From positions 32,001 through 96,000 of the forward strand of contig CBDAON010000003.1 in NCBI GenBank assembly GCA_965198065.1: a stretch of DNA of 64,000 nt. The letters run 5' to 3'. The first letter of the stretch is position 1; each line of letters starts with the position of its first letter. Below the pieces are notes generated by a model that was not told the DNA's origin, did not search any database, and worked only from the letters and a program-made list of their open reading frames with translations. This stretch comes from Longimicrobiales bacterium (GTDB lineage Bacteria; Gemmatimonadota; Gemmatimonadetes; Longimicrobiales; Gaopeijiaceae). The position numbers were made by a program, and so were the translations under genes. Below, in pieces: positions 1 through 13,643 of this stretch.

Positions 1-2
1 AG

Positions 3-1061
3 ATGAGAGTCAGAGGATACGCTGCCCACGGTCCGGATCAGGTGCTCGAGCCCTTCGAGTTCGATCGACGGTCGCCGGGCGCGAAGGACGTCGAGATCCG
101 GATCGAGTACTGCGGCATCTGCCACTCGGACATCCACTTCGCCCGGAACGAGTGGGGCATGAGCACGTACCCCTGTGTGCCCGGACACGAGATAGTTGGG
201 CGCGTGACAACGGTCGGCAGCCGCGTGATAGACTACGAGGCCGGCGACTTGGTGGGCGTCGGATGTCTCGTGAACTCGTGTCGGATCTGCGGAAGCTGCA
301 AGGAAGGCCTCGAAAACTTCTGCGAGAGGGGCTTCACCTTGACCTACGGCAGCGTGGGCGGCGACGGCGTGCCTACGTATGGGGGATATTCGACCCATAT
401 CGTGGTGGACGAAGACTTCGTGGTGAGAGTGCCGGACGGCCTCGACGCGGCGGCCACGGCGCCGCTCCTTTGCGCCGGCATCACAACGTACTCGCCCCTT
501 CGGCACGTTGGCCTTTCGAAAGGTGACCGCATCGCGGTACTCGGGCTCGGCGGCTTGGGGCACATGGCGGTCAAGCTTGCTCACTCGATGGAAGCTGAGG
601 TGGCGGTGTTCAGCCGATCGCCTTCGAAGGAGGCAGGCGCGAAGAGCCTCGGCGCCGACCACTTCATCCTGACCGCCGCGCCCGATGCCTTCAATTCATA
701 TCAGGGGCATTTCGACTTCATTCTCAACACGGTCGGAGCGGAGCACGACCTAATGGGACCGCTCAATACCCTCCGCCGAGACGGGACCATGATCATGGTC
801 GGCGCGCCCCCCAACGCCCTTCCCCTGCCGACAACGCCGCTCCGCATGGGACGTCGGACGATCATGGGATCCTTGATTGGGGGGCTTCAAGAGACGCAGG
901 AGATGCTGGACTACTGTGCGGATCATGGGATCGTCAGCGAGATCGAGAGGATCGGCCCGACCCAAATCAACGAGGCCTACCAAACGCACTCTGGCCTCGG
1001 ACGTGAAGTTCCGGTTCGTCATCGACTGCAAGCAGATGTGACAGAGTTAGGCGTCTCTTGA
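3..1061 (+). CDS. NAD(P)-dependent Zn alcohol dehydrogenase (cinnamyl-ADH/YahK-like), with a frameshift near 981
   Basis: CGICHSD, GHEIVG, structural Zn CxxCxxC...C, GLGGLG. The family-typical tail (RTLASDVKFRFVIDCKQM*) is in another frame after ~981 and ends at 1041. Confidence 0.92.
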   Translation: MRVRGYAAHGPDQVLEPFEFDRRSPGAKDVEIRIEYCGICHSDIHFARNEWGMSTYPCVPGHEIVGRVTTVGSRVIDYEAGDLVGVGCLVNSCRICGSCKEGLENFCERGFTLTYGSVGGDGVPTYGGYSTHIVVDEDFVVRVPDGLDAAATAPLLCAGITTYSPLRHVGLSKGDRIAVLGLGGLGHMAVKLAHSMEAEVAVFSRSPSKEAGAKSLGADHFILTAAPDAFNSYQGHFDFILNTVGAEHDLMGPLNTLRRDGTMIMVGAPPNALPLPTTPLRMGRRTIMGSLIGGLQETQEMLDYCADHGIVSEIERIGPTQINEAYQTHSGLGREVPVRHRLQADVTELGVS

Positions 1062-1126
1062 TCTTGGACGGTCAATTGAAGTACGGAGAAACGATCGCAG
1101 CGTCGTAGCAGAGCTCCTGGAAAGCT

Positions 1127-1292
1127 CGCGGCGCGCTCGCGAACCAGACTCCGTTCTCGAAAATGGGCCGCCTATTCAGCTAACCGTCCTTTCGATCAGC
1201 GAGCTGTTGAGACAGGAGGGCGACCTGCAACTCGACTCGCTTGATGTCCCCTGCTAGGGCTAGGCGTGCCATCTCGAGCCAGTACCAGACCT
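1127..1292. repeat. Imperfect direct repeat of 1807-1972 (3' end and downstream flank of the DUF6768-like gene)
   Basis: Near-identical sequence 680 bp apart; both copies encode KVWYWLEMARLALAxDIKRVELQVALLSQQLADRKDG*. Confidence 0.9.
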
Positions 1293-1375
1293 TAACGGCC
1301 GTGCCTTCGCAAGCTCGTGCCCCGCACGAGCGAGAATAGACCGAAGTCAGCTTCTGGTCCAGCTCGGTCAGCTCT

Positions 1376-1729
1376 CTAGGCGGCCACACCCTTGGGGTTC
1401 GCACCGTATTGATTCTCACCCGGCTGGCTGTCAAACAGCATGAGCACAGAGAGCCAGATCGCCCCAATGATCGGGATGAGACTCAAGAGGAACCACCAGC
1501 CGCTTCGGTCGGTGTCATGCAATCGCCGCACCCCGACAGCCACGCTCGGCGTTGCGACGAAAAGCCCAAAGAACAAGGCCGCCACTGAGCCAACCTCCGC
1601 CGGCAAGCCGAGGGTTAGGAGGATCTGCACGGTGGTGTTGACCAGCACAAACGTCCAGTACTCCCTACGGCGAGCCCGTCCAGAAAACACGAGGTACTTC
1701 GTCAGAGCTTCGAGGTACCAGTGCATCAT
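1376..1729 (-). CDS. DUF805 (YhaH/YhaI-like) inner-membrane protein
   Basis: FSGRARRREYW, VGVRRLHDTDRSGWW and ENQYGANPK motifs; GAGGAGG RBS. Confidence 0.92.
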   Translation of the reverse strand: MMHWYLEALTKYLVFSGRARRREYWTFVLVNTTVQILLTLGLPAEVGSVAALFFGLFVATPSVAVGVRRLHDTDRSGWWFLLSLIPIIGAIWLSVLMLFDSQPGENQYGANPKGVAA

Positions 1730-1859
1730 CCGCCTCCTCTAACTTCGCCTTGGTTCGCCTCCCCGCCGCGGCACTGCGGCTGCAGATGCAACGTCGTGCC
1801 TTTGATCGCGGCGAACTCACGAGCCGGACCCCGTTCTCGGAAATGGGCCGCCTATCCAG

Positions 1860-2258
1860 CTAACCGTCCTTTCGATCAGCGAGCTGTTGAGACAGGAGGG
1901 CGACCTGTAACTCGACTCGCTTGATGTCCCGTGCTAGGGCTAGGCGTGCCATCTCGAGCCAGTACCAGACCTTGATCGCCGTCACTGTTCCCAGGCACAA
2001 AGCAGCCGCGCCACCCCAGATCAACATGGAGAGCTGGTCGCTCGCTTGGAGAAACCGCAACACTGAGAGTATCGCCGCGCCGAAGAACAGAACGTTCGCG
2101 GCTACGCCGCCGATGGCCACGAGACGTCGACGACCACGGAAGGTCTCGGAGAGAAGCTCTGCAGTCGATTGTTCCCCGAAGTGATCAAGCAGCTCCACAT
2201 CGTCCTTACCCAGTGCTTCTTGGATGAGGCGGTCCAGTTCTTTCGTGGGCTCCGTCAT
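1860..2258 (-). CDS. DUF6768-like two-TM membrane protein, probable anti-sigma partner
   Basis: Two hydrophobic helices and KVWYWLEM...DIKRVELQVA tail; ATGA overlap with the upstream ECF sigma stop. Confidence 0.7.
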   Translation of the reverse strand: MTEPTKELDRLIQEALGKDDVELLDHFGEQSTAELLSETFRGRRRLVAIGGVAANVLFFGAAILSVLRFLQASDQLSMLIWGGAAALCLGTVTAIKVWYWLEMARLALARDIKRVELQVALLSQQLADRKDG

Positions 2259-2803
2259 ATTTCCTCCGTGAGGATGGTGCGAAGGGCGGCTCGTGCGTGG
2301 AAGAGTCGAGACTTGACGGTCCCAACCGGGATCGAGAGAGCCTCAGCGATGTCTCGAAGGGACATGTCTTCCAAGTATAACCAGGTCAGGATGAGGCGTT
2401 GGTCGGGCTCGAGCTGCGCGATGCTGTCGCGGATCTGCGCAACTGTTCCCTTCGCCGTGACCGCTTCATTGGCCGTTTCAGGCGGTGGTGCGGCGACTGA
2501 AGCTCGGCGCGAACTTGCTCGCGACGCACCCAGTCTCTCGCCTTATTGGCTACTATCCGATACGCCCAGGGGCGGAATCGTGTGGGATCGTCCAGCGTCG
2601 AGATTCCCTTGATTATCGCCATCCAGCTTTCTTGGGTAATGTCACGAGCCGCGTCGGCATTCTTGGTGTACCGAAGGCCATGGCTAAGCAGACGAGGCTG
2701 CCATCGTTCGACCAGACGCCGGAATGCGTCGGGCTCGCCAGCCTGGCATTGTTTGGAGCACCAGGTATTCATCGATGACCTCAGAGGGCCTTCGGTTCTT
2801 CAT
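2255..2803 (-). pseudogene. ECF RNA polymerase sigma-70 factor, broken by two frameshifts
   Basis: Region 2 (DAARDITQESW...FRPWAYRIVANKARDW) in ORF 2386-2772; region 4 (DIAEALSIPVGTVKSRLFHARAAL) in another frame ending at 2255; ATG at 2803. Confidence 0.85.
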
Positions 2804-2950
2804 CTAAGCTTAGAGTCGTAGCAGCCCGGCATTTAGTTCAAAGCACGCGGCGCAGGGATGATCACAGAGCGTTCGACCTGACCGTTCCTGGGTGGAGAGC
2901 TGGCGAGTACCAGTTGTTCCCCGTACCCGGTCATCAGGAGTAATCCACTC

Positions 2951-3142
2951 ATGAGAGTCGTATCGAACGTCGTCGGCGTGTTCTTGATCCTGATCGGGGC
3001 GATCTGGTTCCTTCAGGGGATCAATATCCTGCTCGGCAGTCCGATGAGCGGCCAGCTGCAGTGGTCGGTCTGGGGAATCCTCGCTGCCGTCGTTGGCGTG
3101 GGTCTGCTCATCTACGCCAACAGGAGGCGGGACCCTGTTTAA
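2951..3142 (+). CDS. Small two-TM membrane protein
   Basis: 63 aa with two hydrophobic helices (GAIWFLQGINILLGSPM); AGGAG RBS upstream. Confidence 0.7.
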   Translation: MRVVSNVVGVFLILIGAIWFLQGINILLGSPMSGQLQWSVWGILAAVVGVGLLIYANRRRDPV

Positions 3143-3184
3143 CCCAGACGAACGCTCCCTTTCGCAGCAAGACTCCAAGCCAGA

Positions 3185-3568
3185 TTGCAGAGACCCTCAG
3201 GGGGGGACGAGCTCGTGAGCCAAGCAGAACAAGACCGTCGTGTGGACTACATCGAGTTCCGGACCAAGAACATTGAAGAGACCAAGAGGTTTTACTCACA
3301 GGTTTTCGCCTGGGAGTTCACTGATTACGGTCCCGATTACACGAGCTTCACGGACGGTCGGCTAGGTGGTGGTTTCAGTGTAGCACCGGAAGTTCAGGCA
3401 GGCGGTCCATTAGTCGTGCTTTATTCCACGAACCTGGCAGAGATCGAAGCCCGAATCACCGAGAGCGGGGGCCAGATCGTCCAGGAAACATTCGAGTTTC
3501 CAGGCGGACGCCGATTTCACTTCACCGATCCTAGCGGAAACGAGTTGGCAGTCTGGTCAGATCAATAG
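3185..3568 (+). CDS. VOC/glyoxalase-family protein (true start probably GTG ~3215)
   Basis: VDYIEF...FYSQVFAWEFTDYGPDY...FPGGRRFHFTDPSGNELAVWS. Confidence 0.9.
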   Translation: MQRPSGGDELVSQAEQDRRVDYIEFRTKNIEETKRFYSQVFAWEFTDYGPDYTSFTDGRLGGGFSVAPEVQAGGPLVVLYSTNLAEIEARITESGGQIVQETFEFPGGRRFHFTDPSGNELAVWSDQ

Positions 3569-3592
3569 AATTCGGCCAAGCTGACTCACGCG

Positions 3593-3772
3593 TTGGGGAC
3601 GGTGGCGGAAGGTAAGATTGCTGACCTGGTGCTGCTTGGTGCCAACCCCTTGGAGGACATCCGCAACACAACAGAGATCCGAGCGGTCGTTCGCGACGGC
3701 CGCCTCTATGACCGAGCCGCTCTCGACCGCATGCTGAGCGAGATTGCCCAAAAAGCTGAAGGCTCTCGGTGA
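3593..3772 (+). pseudogene. C-terminal remnant of an amidohydrolase-family protein
   Basis: Manual translation LGTVAEGKIADLVLLGANPLEDIRNTTEIRAVVRDGRLYDRAALD; no start or N-terminus. Confidence 0.8.
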
Positions 3773-3941
3773 AGAAGCAGCCAACGCAGCATACTGGCCC
3801 CGGTGAGCGGTAACGCCTGATGGGTACTGAAACCCGCGACATGGTTTACAGAAGGGGAGGAGGTACTCCCCAGAGACGCGGGGGTCCTCGGTCCTCCGCG
3901 GGGCGGTCGGGACCCTCGCCGGCGGAGCCACCGCGGCTCTA

Positions 3942-5159
3942 CTAGTAATACCAGCTCAGGCCAAGCTGCGCGTAGCTATCCTTGCGGAAGAAGTAGAACG
4001 GGTCCTCCAGGTCGGCGTTCGTCACCGCCCTGATCTCGAAGTCGGCGGTGAAGCTCTCACCTACTCTCCGGCTCGCCTCCACCAGCCAAGACACCGTGGC
4101 CAGATCGACGTCGAGGACCGCGCCAGCGAGAATCGCCGTGCTCTGCACGTCGTTCAGGGCGAAGCGCCCGCCCATGAAGAGATCGTTGTCGAACACGGAT
4201 ACCGCAACGAGCGGCTGGCTGAAGTCCGACGTCCTCGTGTCGTGGCTGTATTCGGCGAGGAGGCCGATGTCGAGCCCCGAGTTGCCGACGTTGCCCAGCG
4301 TGAATTCGAACCCGCCGGTAAACGCTTGGAAGCGATCTCCCTGGCCGCTTCGCGTGATCGCTTCGACCTTCCAAGCCCACGCCCCTTGGATGAGTTGAGC
4401 GTCGACGCTCAGCTGGTGGACTTCTTCGTACACAGGAGCGAAGCCGGTCGGGTTCTCGGCGGTCCCGACGACCTGGAAGCGTGGATCCCGCGCCGTTCCG
4501 TAGAAGCTCGAGACCCCCAGATCCAGCGGACCGAAGTAGTGGGACCAACGGGCTGCAACGCCCAAAGTCCTCTCGATTTCCGCAGCGTCCTCGTCAATGA
4601 GGAGTGGGAACCGGAATCTCCCCTCCGCACCGGGGAACGTCCGCTCGCGGAAACGCGGCATCAGATAGACGTCGATCGTCCCCCAGTCGGCTAGCCACGT
4701 CCCATGCACCGCGGGCTGACCTAACTTGTCTTCGCCGTCGCTGTTCTCGACCTGGTCCGTCTGATTCACGACGTCGACCAGGTGCTGAGACTCGGTTACA
4801 CCCCAAAACGTGCGGACGAGTCCTGCCTCGAGCTCCCACTTCTCGCCGTAGGTGCGCCAGTACGCCTCCCGCAGGTCTACATGCGTCCGCTCGGAGTCGC
4901 CCCCGTCGAGACGCATGAAGGGCGCCAGCGTAAAGGCGTGCTGCCCGTCCGATGTGGACCAAAAGAGCTCGGGCTCGAGCGTCACGCTTCCGAACGCGTC
5001 GTGCTAGCCCGGATACAGCCCGCCCGACGGGAAGGCGCGTCCCTCCACGGTCGCCGCGCCCGAGAAAAGGTCCTAGCCGCTTACCTCCGGCGCTCCTGCT
5101 CCGAGCGCGAGCGCGATCAGCGCCGCGCTGCGGAGCGGACGTCTCGGCCAGGTTCGCAT
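3942..5159 (-). CDS. Outer-membrane beta-barrel protein of the MMPL/LolA-like operon, with two in-frame TAG codons
   Basis: Signal peptide from ATG 5159 is in frame with ORF 3942-4985; TAGs at 5073-5075 and 5004-5006; C-terminal YAQLGLSWYY beta-signal. Confidence 0.75.
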
Positions 5160-5169
5160 GTCGGCAGAC

Positions 5170-5982
5170 CTACCGGGCCCGGCGCAACGCGCTTTGGTCG
5201 AAGTCACGATCCGTCAGGCCCGTGCGGAACTGGTAGTTCGTGAACGAGAGGGTCGTGCTCTTGCCGGTCTGGTGGTTCACCATCTCCATCCGGTCGGCCC
5301 GCCAGTACTGGTCGAAGTACTGCTGGTACTCGTGATAGGTGAGGGTCTTGAGGAGATCGTTCTTCCGGTCGTAGAAGTCGACCTTCTGGAGGCGGTACTC
5401 GGCCTGGTCGTACCAGACGACCTGCCGCGTATAGCCGGAGTCCTCGTCCGTCGGGACGCGCTCGATCACGTACAGCGGGACCCCGTCCACGGTCTCGGCG
5501 GACATGAAGTCGTAGGTGTACTTCTCGACCTCCTGCGACGAGATGTCCTCGTACGCGAACTCACTACCCATGAAGGGCCCGGACCGGTTGTTCGACGTGA
5601 TCCGCTTCACCCGGCGGAGCGCGGGTAGGTAGAGCCACTGGTCATCGGGGCCCTGCCGATGCGTGTAGTTCAGAAACGCGGTCCCGGCGACGTCCCTGGG
5701 CTCGTCGAAGATCACCAGCGTCTGGTCTCCGTCGCCGTCGACCTCGAGCGTCAGGTTCCGCATCCGGCGGGAGCTTTCGTCGCCGTTCCGATTCCGGAGC
5801 AGCATCGTCAGCTCGGACGTCACGTCGTTGAAGCCCGCGTCACGCTGATCGGCCTCCTGCGCAACTTCGATGCCGGTAGGTACGCTCCTGTCCTGTGCGA
5901 CCACCGGTCCAGCACCCAGCGCGATCGCTACTGCGAGCCCGGCCAGCAGCGCCTGTGTCCTCATCTTCATCATGTCAGTCAC
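5170..5982 (-). CDS. Outer-membrane lipoprotein-sorting protein (LolA-like)
   Basis: Signal peptide; DDQWLYLPALRRVKRI...GPFMGSEFAYED motif. Confidence 0.9.
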   Translation of the reverse strand: MTDMMKMRTQALLAGLAVAIALGAGPVVAQDRSVPTGIEVAQEADQRDAGFNDVTSELTMLLRNRNGDESSRRMRNLTLEVDGDGDQTLVIFDEPRDVAGTAFLNYTHRQGPDDQWLYLPALRRVKRITSNNRSGPFMGSEFAYEDISSQEVEKYTYDFMSAETVDGVPLYVIERVPTDEDSGYTRQVVWYDQAEYRLQKVDFYDRKNDLLKTLTYHEYQQYFDQYWRADRMEMVNHQTGKSTTLSFTNYQFRTGLTDRDFDQSALRRAR

Positions 5983-6032
5983 CTCGAAGTTTCAGTTGAG
6001 TCGTAGGGTCAGTTCGTGTGTCGGTGGCCCGC

Positions 6033-8382
6033 TCAAAGAGCGGGGGTGGGCTCGGTCTCAGGAGCCGGTGCCGGGCTGTACGACGCCACCCTGTCGATAG
6101 CCATCAAGAGCGGCGGCAAGAACAGGAAGTCGACCGCGAGCGCCAACGCGATCGTGATCGCGGTCATCTTCCCCATGTCTGCGTTCATACCGAACGCCGA
6201 GGTCGCCAGAATCGAGAAGCCGATCACCAGGATCACCGACGTCACGGCGAGCGCCCGGCCCACCGTCGTAAACGCGTAGCGGACGGCGTCCTGCGGGTCA
6301 AGGTACCGTTCCCGGCGTGCCCTCAGGTACTTCGTCATGAAGTGAATCGAGTCGTCGACGACGATTCCAAGCGTCATCCCGATGACGATCGAGAGGCTGA
6401 GGTTCACAGTTCCGGATGCGATGCCCCAAATACCGATCTCCTGGAAGGAGGTTCGGGATGAAGCTCAAGAGGCCGAGGCGCACGGACCTGAGCGCGAGTA
6501 CCATCAGCGCCGAGATCAACACCAGCGCTAGCGTCGAGCCGATGAGCATGCTGCGAATGTTGATGCCCGAGATGTATGCAAACATCACCAACGGCCCGGA
6601 GCCTACCGAGTGCATCGACGTGGGCACGTTGGCGGCCAGCCACTCTTCGCCCGATTCCACGAGGCCGCGAACCTCGCGCGCGCTCACGTTCTCGAGCGTC
6701 ACGATGAAGCGCGTGGCGGACTTGTCCACGTTGATCTGGTTGTTCAGATCGAGCCCGTACGGAAGTGACATCTCGTAGAGGAGCAGATACTGGGCGGCAA
6801 GCTCACGACTTTCCGGGAGCGCGTAGTATGACTCGTCGTCGCCGTGCATGTTCTTGTTCAGCCGCTTCATGACGTCCGTGAACGTGCTCACGTGCATTAC
6901 GCCCGGCTGCTCCCGATACCACTGCGCGAAGTCCTCCACGGTCGCGAGGTAGGCGGGGTCGCTGATCGAGCCGCTCTCCGCGCCCGCGAGCGAGAACTCG
7001 ATGTTGTAGATCCCGGTCAGGTTATCGGCGATGAAGTCGGTGTCCGTTCGGAAGGCGATGCTTTGGTCGAAGTACTCGACGAAGCGGTCGTCCAACTCGT
7101 TCTGAGGAATCATGCCTACGAGCAGGACTGTAAGCGCAGCGGACCCCCAGAGCAGGGGGCGCCGCTTCGCGATCACCATCTCCGCGATGCGCTCGTACAA
7201 TGTAGACGTCGCTTTCTGCGGCTTGGGCGTGCGAACCGGTAGAACCGCCACGAGCGCCGGCAGGAAAGTCACCGACAGAACGAACGCCGCTGCGATGCCG
7301 GCCGCGGTCATATTGCCGAGGTGATTGAACGGCGGGACGTCGCTGAAGTTGAGGCTCAAGAAGCCGATCACCGTGGAGAGCGAAGTGAGGAAGACCGGAG
7401 TCATGTTCACGCGCACGGCCTCCACGATCGCGTCGTATTTGGACAGACCCGACTGCATCCCCTTCAACATCGTCACGAGGATGTGTATCGAGTCGGCGAC
7501 CGCGAGAGTCATGATGATCGTCGGCGCCTGCGCAGAGGGTGGCGTCAAGCCGATCCCGAAGAAGCCCGCGAAGCCCATCGCCACGACGACGGAGAGCATC
7601 ACGAGAAGCATCGTCGCAATCGAGGTGCTGACCGATCGCATTGTGAAGATCATCACGAGGAACATCGCGCCGAACATCAGCGGCATGAGGATCGACAGCT
7701 CGTCGACACTCACCTCTTGGAAGGCGCTGTTCAGCATTGCGAAGCCCGTGAGGTAAATCGTCACGTCGGGGTGCCGCGCGCTGACCTCGTCGACCACCTG
7801 ACGGGCGGCTTCCGCCACCTGGATGGGTTCGGTCGGATCCTCGCCGGGCAGCTGGAGGGTCACGTTCACGCCCGTGACCGTTGCCGCCTCGTTGACGAGG
7901 CGACGGGCCAGGAAGGGCTCAGCAACCGCCACTGCTTCCGCGGCCGCCCGTTCCTCTGCCGTGCTCGCCGCGACGTCCTCGACGAGGTCCTCGACGAGCA
8001 GATCGTCTTCGATCGCGCTCGTATGCTGGAAGTTCGTGACCGCGTCGACCCGGATCGCGTAAGGGAGCTGCCAGCCCGCCTCGGTCAGCTCCTCTACAGC
8101 GAGCAGGCTTTCCTCAGAGAAGGCCTCACCGTTGGCCGGCTCGACGACCCAGAGGACGTTGTCGTTCTTCGTGTAAACGTTCTGAAGCTCTTCATACGCG
8201 CTGAGCTGCGGGTTCTCTTCGCCGAAGAACGCAGAGTAGTCAGTGTCGAAGAAGAGCCCGGTCGCGCCGCTCCCGACGCCACCCGTCACGACCAGCGTGA
8301 GGAGGATGATCGGCCAGCGAAAGCGAATCATCTGGCGGGCGAAGGCTTCGACACGCAGATCCCACGGTGTTCTCGGGGCCAT
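6033..8382 (-). CDS. MMPL/RND-family exporter, split by a small deletion/frameshift near 6400-6445
   Basis: Two RND halves with AVADSIH and GIVVDDSIHF motifs; ORFs 6298-8382 and 6033-6407 join into one protein. Confidence 0.9.
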
Positions 8383-8496
8383 CGAGAGGGTCCTTTTCTA
8401 GGTGGCTCGCGCCGGGGGCGGGCTGCGCCTGGCGCGGCTCGTGGCTATTCGTGAATTACGTGCAAAACGATGAGTGGAAGGCCAGGAACCGGACGG

Positions 8497-9120
8497 TCAT
8501 CCGATCTTCCCGGCTGCGGTCGGTCTCAGGGTCTCGAGGTAGCCCCCGAGGACGCGCATGGTGCTTCGTGCGACATCGACGTCGCGCGCGGACTTGGCGA
8601 GTCCTGCCGAGCCCGCCATCGCGGCGACGAGGAACGTTCCGATCTCGGACGCGTCGACGTCCGTACGGACCGTGCCCGCGGCCTGGCCCCGCTGGAACGC
8701 CTCGGCGAACACCCCTCTCCACCGGGCGTAGAGGGCCTCGATCTGTTCGCGGAAGTCGGCGTCCGTGCTCGAGAGCTCCTGAGCCAGGTTGTTCAGCGGA
8801 CACCCGCACGCGACGGCTTCCGGCGTGAGCTCGTCGAGCTTCGAGTCGACACACGACATGATCGCGCCGATCGGATCGTCTGTGCTTGCAAGCGGTCCCA
8901 CGAACGACTCGACGACCAGCTGCCGAATCATCGAGTCGATCATGGCCTGGGCGAGCCCCTTCTTACTGCCGAAATGGTGATAGAGCGCGCCGCGCGTCAC
9001 GCCAGACCGCTCGACAACCCGATCCATGTTCGCGGCCCTGTAGCCATGCTCGTGGATCTCGACGAATGCAGCCTCGAGCAATCGCTCCCGGGTGCCCTCG
9101 GGGTCTCTTGTCCTGACCAT
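8497..9120 (-). CDS. TetR/AcrR-family transcriptional regulator
   Basis: HTH VVERSGVTRGALYHHFGSK; GCPLNNLAQE C-terminal motif; GAGGAG RBS before MVRTRDPEG. Confidence 0.92.
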   Translation of the reverse strand: MVRTRDPEGTRERLLEAAFVEIHEHGYRAANMDRVVERSGVTRGALYHHFGSKKGLAQAMIDSMIRQLVVESFVGPLASTDDPIGAIMSCVDSKLDELTPEAVACGCPLNNLAQELSSTDADFREQIEALYARWRGVFAEAFQRGQAAGTVRTDVDASEIGTFLVAAMAGSAGLAKSARDVDVARSTMRVLGGYLETLRPTAAGKIG

Positions 9121-9151
9121 GCCGTACTCCTCAACAACTGCCATCCTGAGC

Positions 9152-9194
9152 GTTACATACATATCCGTGTGTATGTAACTGACGCCCGTGTCAA
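9152..9194 (-). promoter_or_regulatory. Palindromic operator (probably for TetR) next to a TTGACA -35 box
   Basis: GTTACATACA-N8-TGTATGTAAC at 9152-9179; TTGACA on the minus strand at 9194-9189. Confidence 0.65.
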
Positions 9195-9639
9195 GGGGGG
9201 GTAGGTCTTCGAATTCAATGCTCGGGAGAACGGGCAACGATTGAGTAGGTCTACTCGCCCCCCGAAAGCTGCTCAGTTGTGCTCAACGTGTTCATATGTG
9301 TTACGTGATTTCTCTATGTGTGGCCAGCGGGGTCAGTTTGAATCGTGACGGTCCTGGGGTCAGGCTGATGGGCGCCCTGAATCCCCCAACCCCTACTTCG
9401 CGTAGGTACGTCTAAGTCGGCGGGCAGACCCGGGGACGAGCTCCGGGCCGCAAAATCCTCGGCTTCGGCCGATGAACACGGGGGGGCATCATGAAACGCG
9501 CACCAGGCGAATCTGATCGAAGCGGGGATGGTGGACGTTCCAGTGGGTCGGCGTGATCGCGGCCTACGTAGGTATCGTGAGCTTCCTCGTCTACACCGTC
9601 AGCGAGGCGGTGAAGCAGATCACGTGATCGTAACTTCAA

Positions 9640-9683
9640 TGGGCGCTGGAGGATTCGAACCTCTGACCTCCTGCTTGTAAGGC
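9640..9683 (-). other. 3' half of tRNA-Val(TAC), att-site remnant
   Basis: Minus strand GCCTTACAAGCAGGAGGTCAGAGGTTCGAATCCTCCAGCGCCCA: anticodon loop, T-arm and 3' acceptor strand, with no 5' half. Confidence 0.85.
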
Positions 9684-9707
9684 CCATCGCAGAGGGGCCG
9701 AACTACG

Positions 9708-11774
<2,067 letters not shown>

Positions 11775-12036
11775 GCAAGTAATCGCATAAATCCAACTCG
11801 GGCCGTACGACATCCTGCCGCGTTTGAACAGCGGGAATCAGGCCCTCAACAGCGGGGATGAAGAGCGGGAATCCTCTCGCCGACACCCCCCATAGACTGC
11901 CCCTTCTGGGTCCATGCTAGAGACCCAGGCGCGTGGGTTCCCGTGGCCGAACGTGACCGCAAGCGGGGCACGCGAGCCTCAAAGTCTACCGCGACAGCAG
12001 GAGCGCTCTGGCCGGATTACTCCGCTGAGCCGCGCC

Positions 12037-13359
12037 CTACGCGATCCCCTCCAAAACCGCGCGACTCACCGCGTCGTACTCGTTAGGCAGCGGCACGGGC
12101 CGGTTCGCATCACGGCTCTCGACGCCCCGGAGCTCGTTATCGTGATATCGGACCTTGAAGTCCGTGAACTTGAGGCCGCTCGCCGTCGAGATCACGACCG
12201 TGCGGTCCGTCTTCGAGATCTCCCCTCGGTGGACCAGCTTCTTCAGGGCCGCAAGAGCCACGCCCGTGTGCGGACAGGCGAAGGTGCCGGTGCGGTCCGC
12301 GGCGGCCGCGGCCTCGGCCAGCTCGCTTTCGGTGGCCTGCTCCACGACGCCGTCGAAGGCCTCCAGGGTTCGGATGGCGCGGTGGATGCTCACCGGGTTG
12401 CCGATCCGGATCGCGCTGGCTTCGGTGCGCTGGGCGGTGATGGGCTCGTAGCTGTCCCAGCCGGCCTTGTACGCCTGGTACAGGGGGTTCGCGGCCGCGG
12501 CCTGGGCGACGCAGATCCGGGGGCGCTTCGTGATGATGCCCAGCGACTCCATCATCGAGAATCCGGCTCCGAGCGCGGACACGTTCCCCAGGTTACCGCC
12601 GGGGATGACGATCCAGTCCGGCACCTCCCAGTCGAACTGCTGGGTGATCTCGATGCCCACGGTCTTCTGGCCTTCCAGGCGGAGCGAGTTCATCGAGTTG
12701 GCCAGGTAGATCCCCGGATCCTCGGCCAGCTTCTGGACCATTGCCATGCACCCGTCGAAGTCGGTGTCGATCGCGCATACGAGCGCCCCGTTGGCCAGCG
12801 GCTGGACAAGCTGCGCTGTGGTCACTTTCCCGGCCGGGAGCAGCACGACCGCCCGAATCCCGGCGGCCGCACAGTAGGCGGCTAGTGCTGCCGAGGTGTC
12901 CCCCGTGGAAGCGCAGACAATCGCGCGGATCGGCTTCCCGTCGCGGATCATCTGGCGCACGACGCTCACCAGGACGGTCATCCCGAGGTCCTTGAACGAC
13001 CCCGTGTGACTGTTCCCACACAGCTTGAGCCAGAGATCGGAGAGCCCGAGGCCCTCGCCATACCGCTCGGCCCAGAAGAGGTTCGTGTTCCCCTCGTGGA
13101 GCGAGGCGATGCAGTCGTCGCGAAGGTACGGCATCACCCATTCCTTCTTGCCCCATACGCCGCTCCCGTAGGGCCACTCGGTGGTGTTCGTGCGATTGTC
13201 GATGAGCCGCATCCAGGCGGCCGGGCTGCGGTCGCGCAGGGCCTCGATGTCGTGCTCGACCTCGAGGAGCTCTCCGGTGGTGGGCGAGCGGTAGATCACC
13301 TGGTCGACCGGAAACGTCTCTCCGGTGGACGGGGCGCGGTATCGGCAATTGTAGGTCAT
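12037..13359 (-). CDS. thrC: Threonine synthase
   Basis: [13 protein letters not shown]-lysine motif, [30 protein letters not shown]. Confidence 0.93.
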   Translation of the reverse strand: MTYNCRYRAPSTGETFPVDQVIYRSPTTGELLEVEHDIEALRDRSPAAWMRLIDNRTNTTEWPYGSGVWGKKEWVMPYLRDDCIASLHEGNTNLFWAERYGEGLGLSDLWLKLCGNSHTGSFKDLGMTVLVSVVRQMIRDGKPIRAIVCASTGDTSAALAAYCAAAGIRAVVLLPAGKVTTAQLVQPLANGALVCAIDTDFDGCMAMVQKLAEDPGIYLANSMNSLRLEGQKTVGIEITQQFDWEVPDWIVIPGGNLGNVSALGAGFSMMESLGIITKRPRICVAQAAAANPLYQAYKAGWDSYEPITAQRTEASAIRIGNPVSIHRAIRTLEAFDGVVEQATESELAEAAAAADRTGTFACPHTGVALAALKKLVHRGEISKTDRTVVISTASGLKFTDFKVRYHDNELRGVESRDANRPVPLPNEYDAVSRAVLEGIA

Positions 13360-13574
13360 GGGCAGGGTGGGTGTGATCGGACGGTCGCGGGAACGTGATC
13401 CGCGCGGGGGCACTGGACCGTCCAAGATATTTCGCTTGCTCCCGACGCAATACTCCCAAGGGACGCCGACCATCCAGACGGGTGGGGCTCATCGCGCGGA
13501 AGGCCGTTATCGGTAAGGCTCCGGGCTCTGACAGCACCGGAGGAGCCACGGCCCTCTTCGACGCACAGTCGAAC

Positions 13575-13643
13575 CATCCGGACCTCCTCCGCGACGACCC
13601 CCGATACCAGGCGTTACTCGAAGAGGCGGGGATTACGTGGTGA
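13575..13643 (+). pseudogene. C-terminal remnant typical of TPR-containing kinase/cyclase proteins
   Basis: PDLLRDDPRYQALLEEAGITW* tail with no upstream body. Confidence 0.5.
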
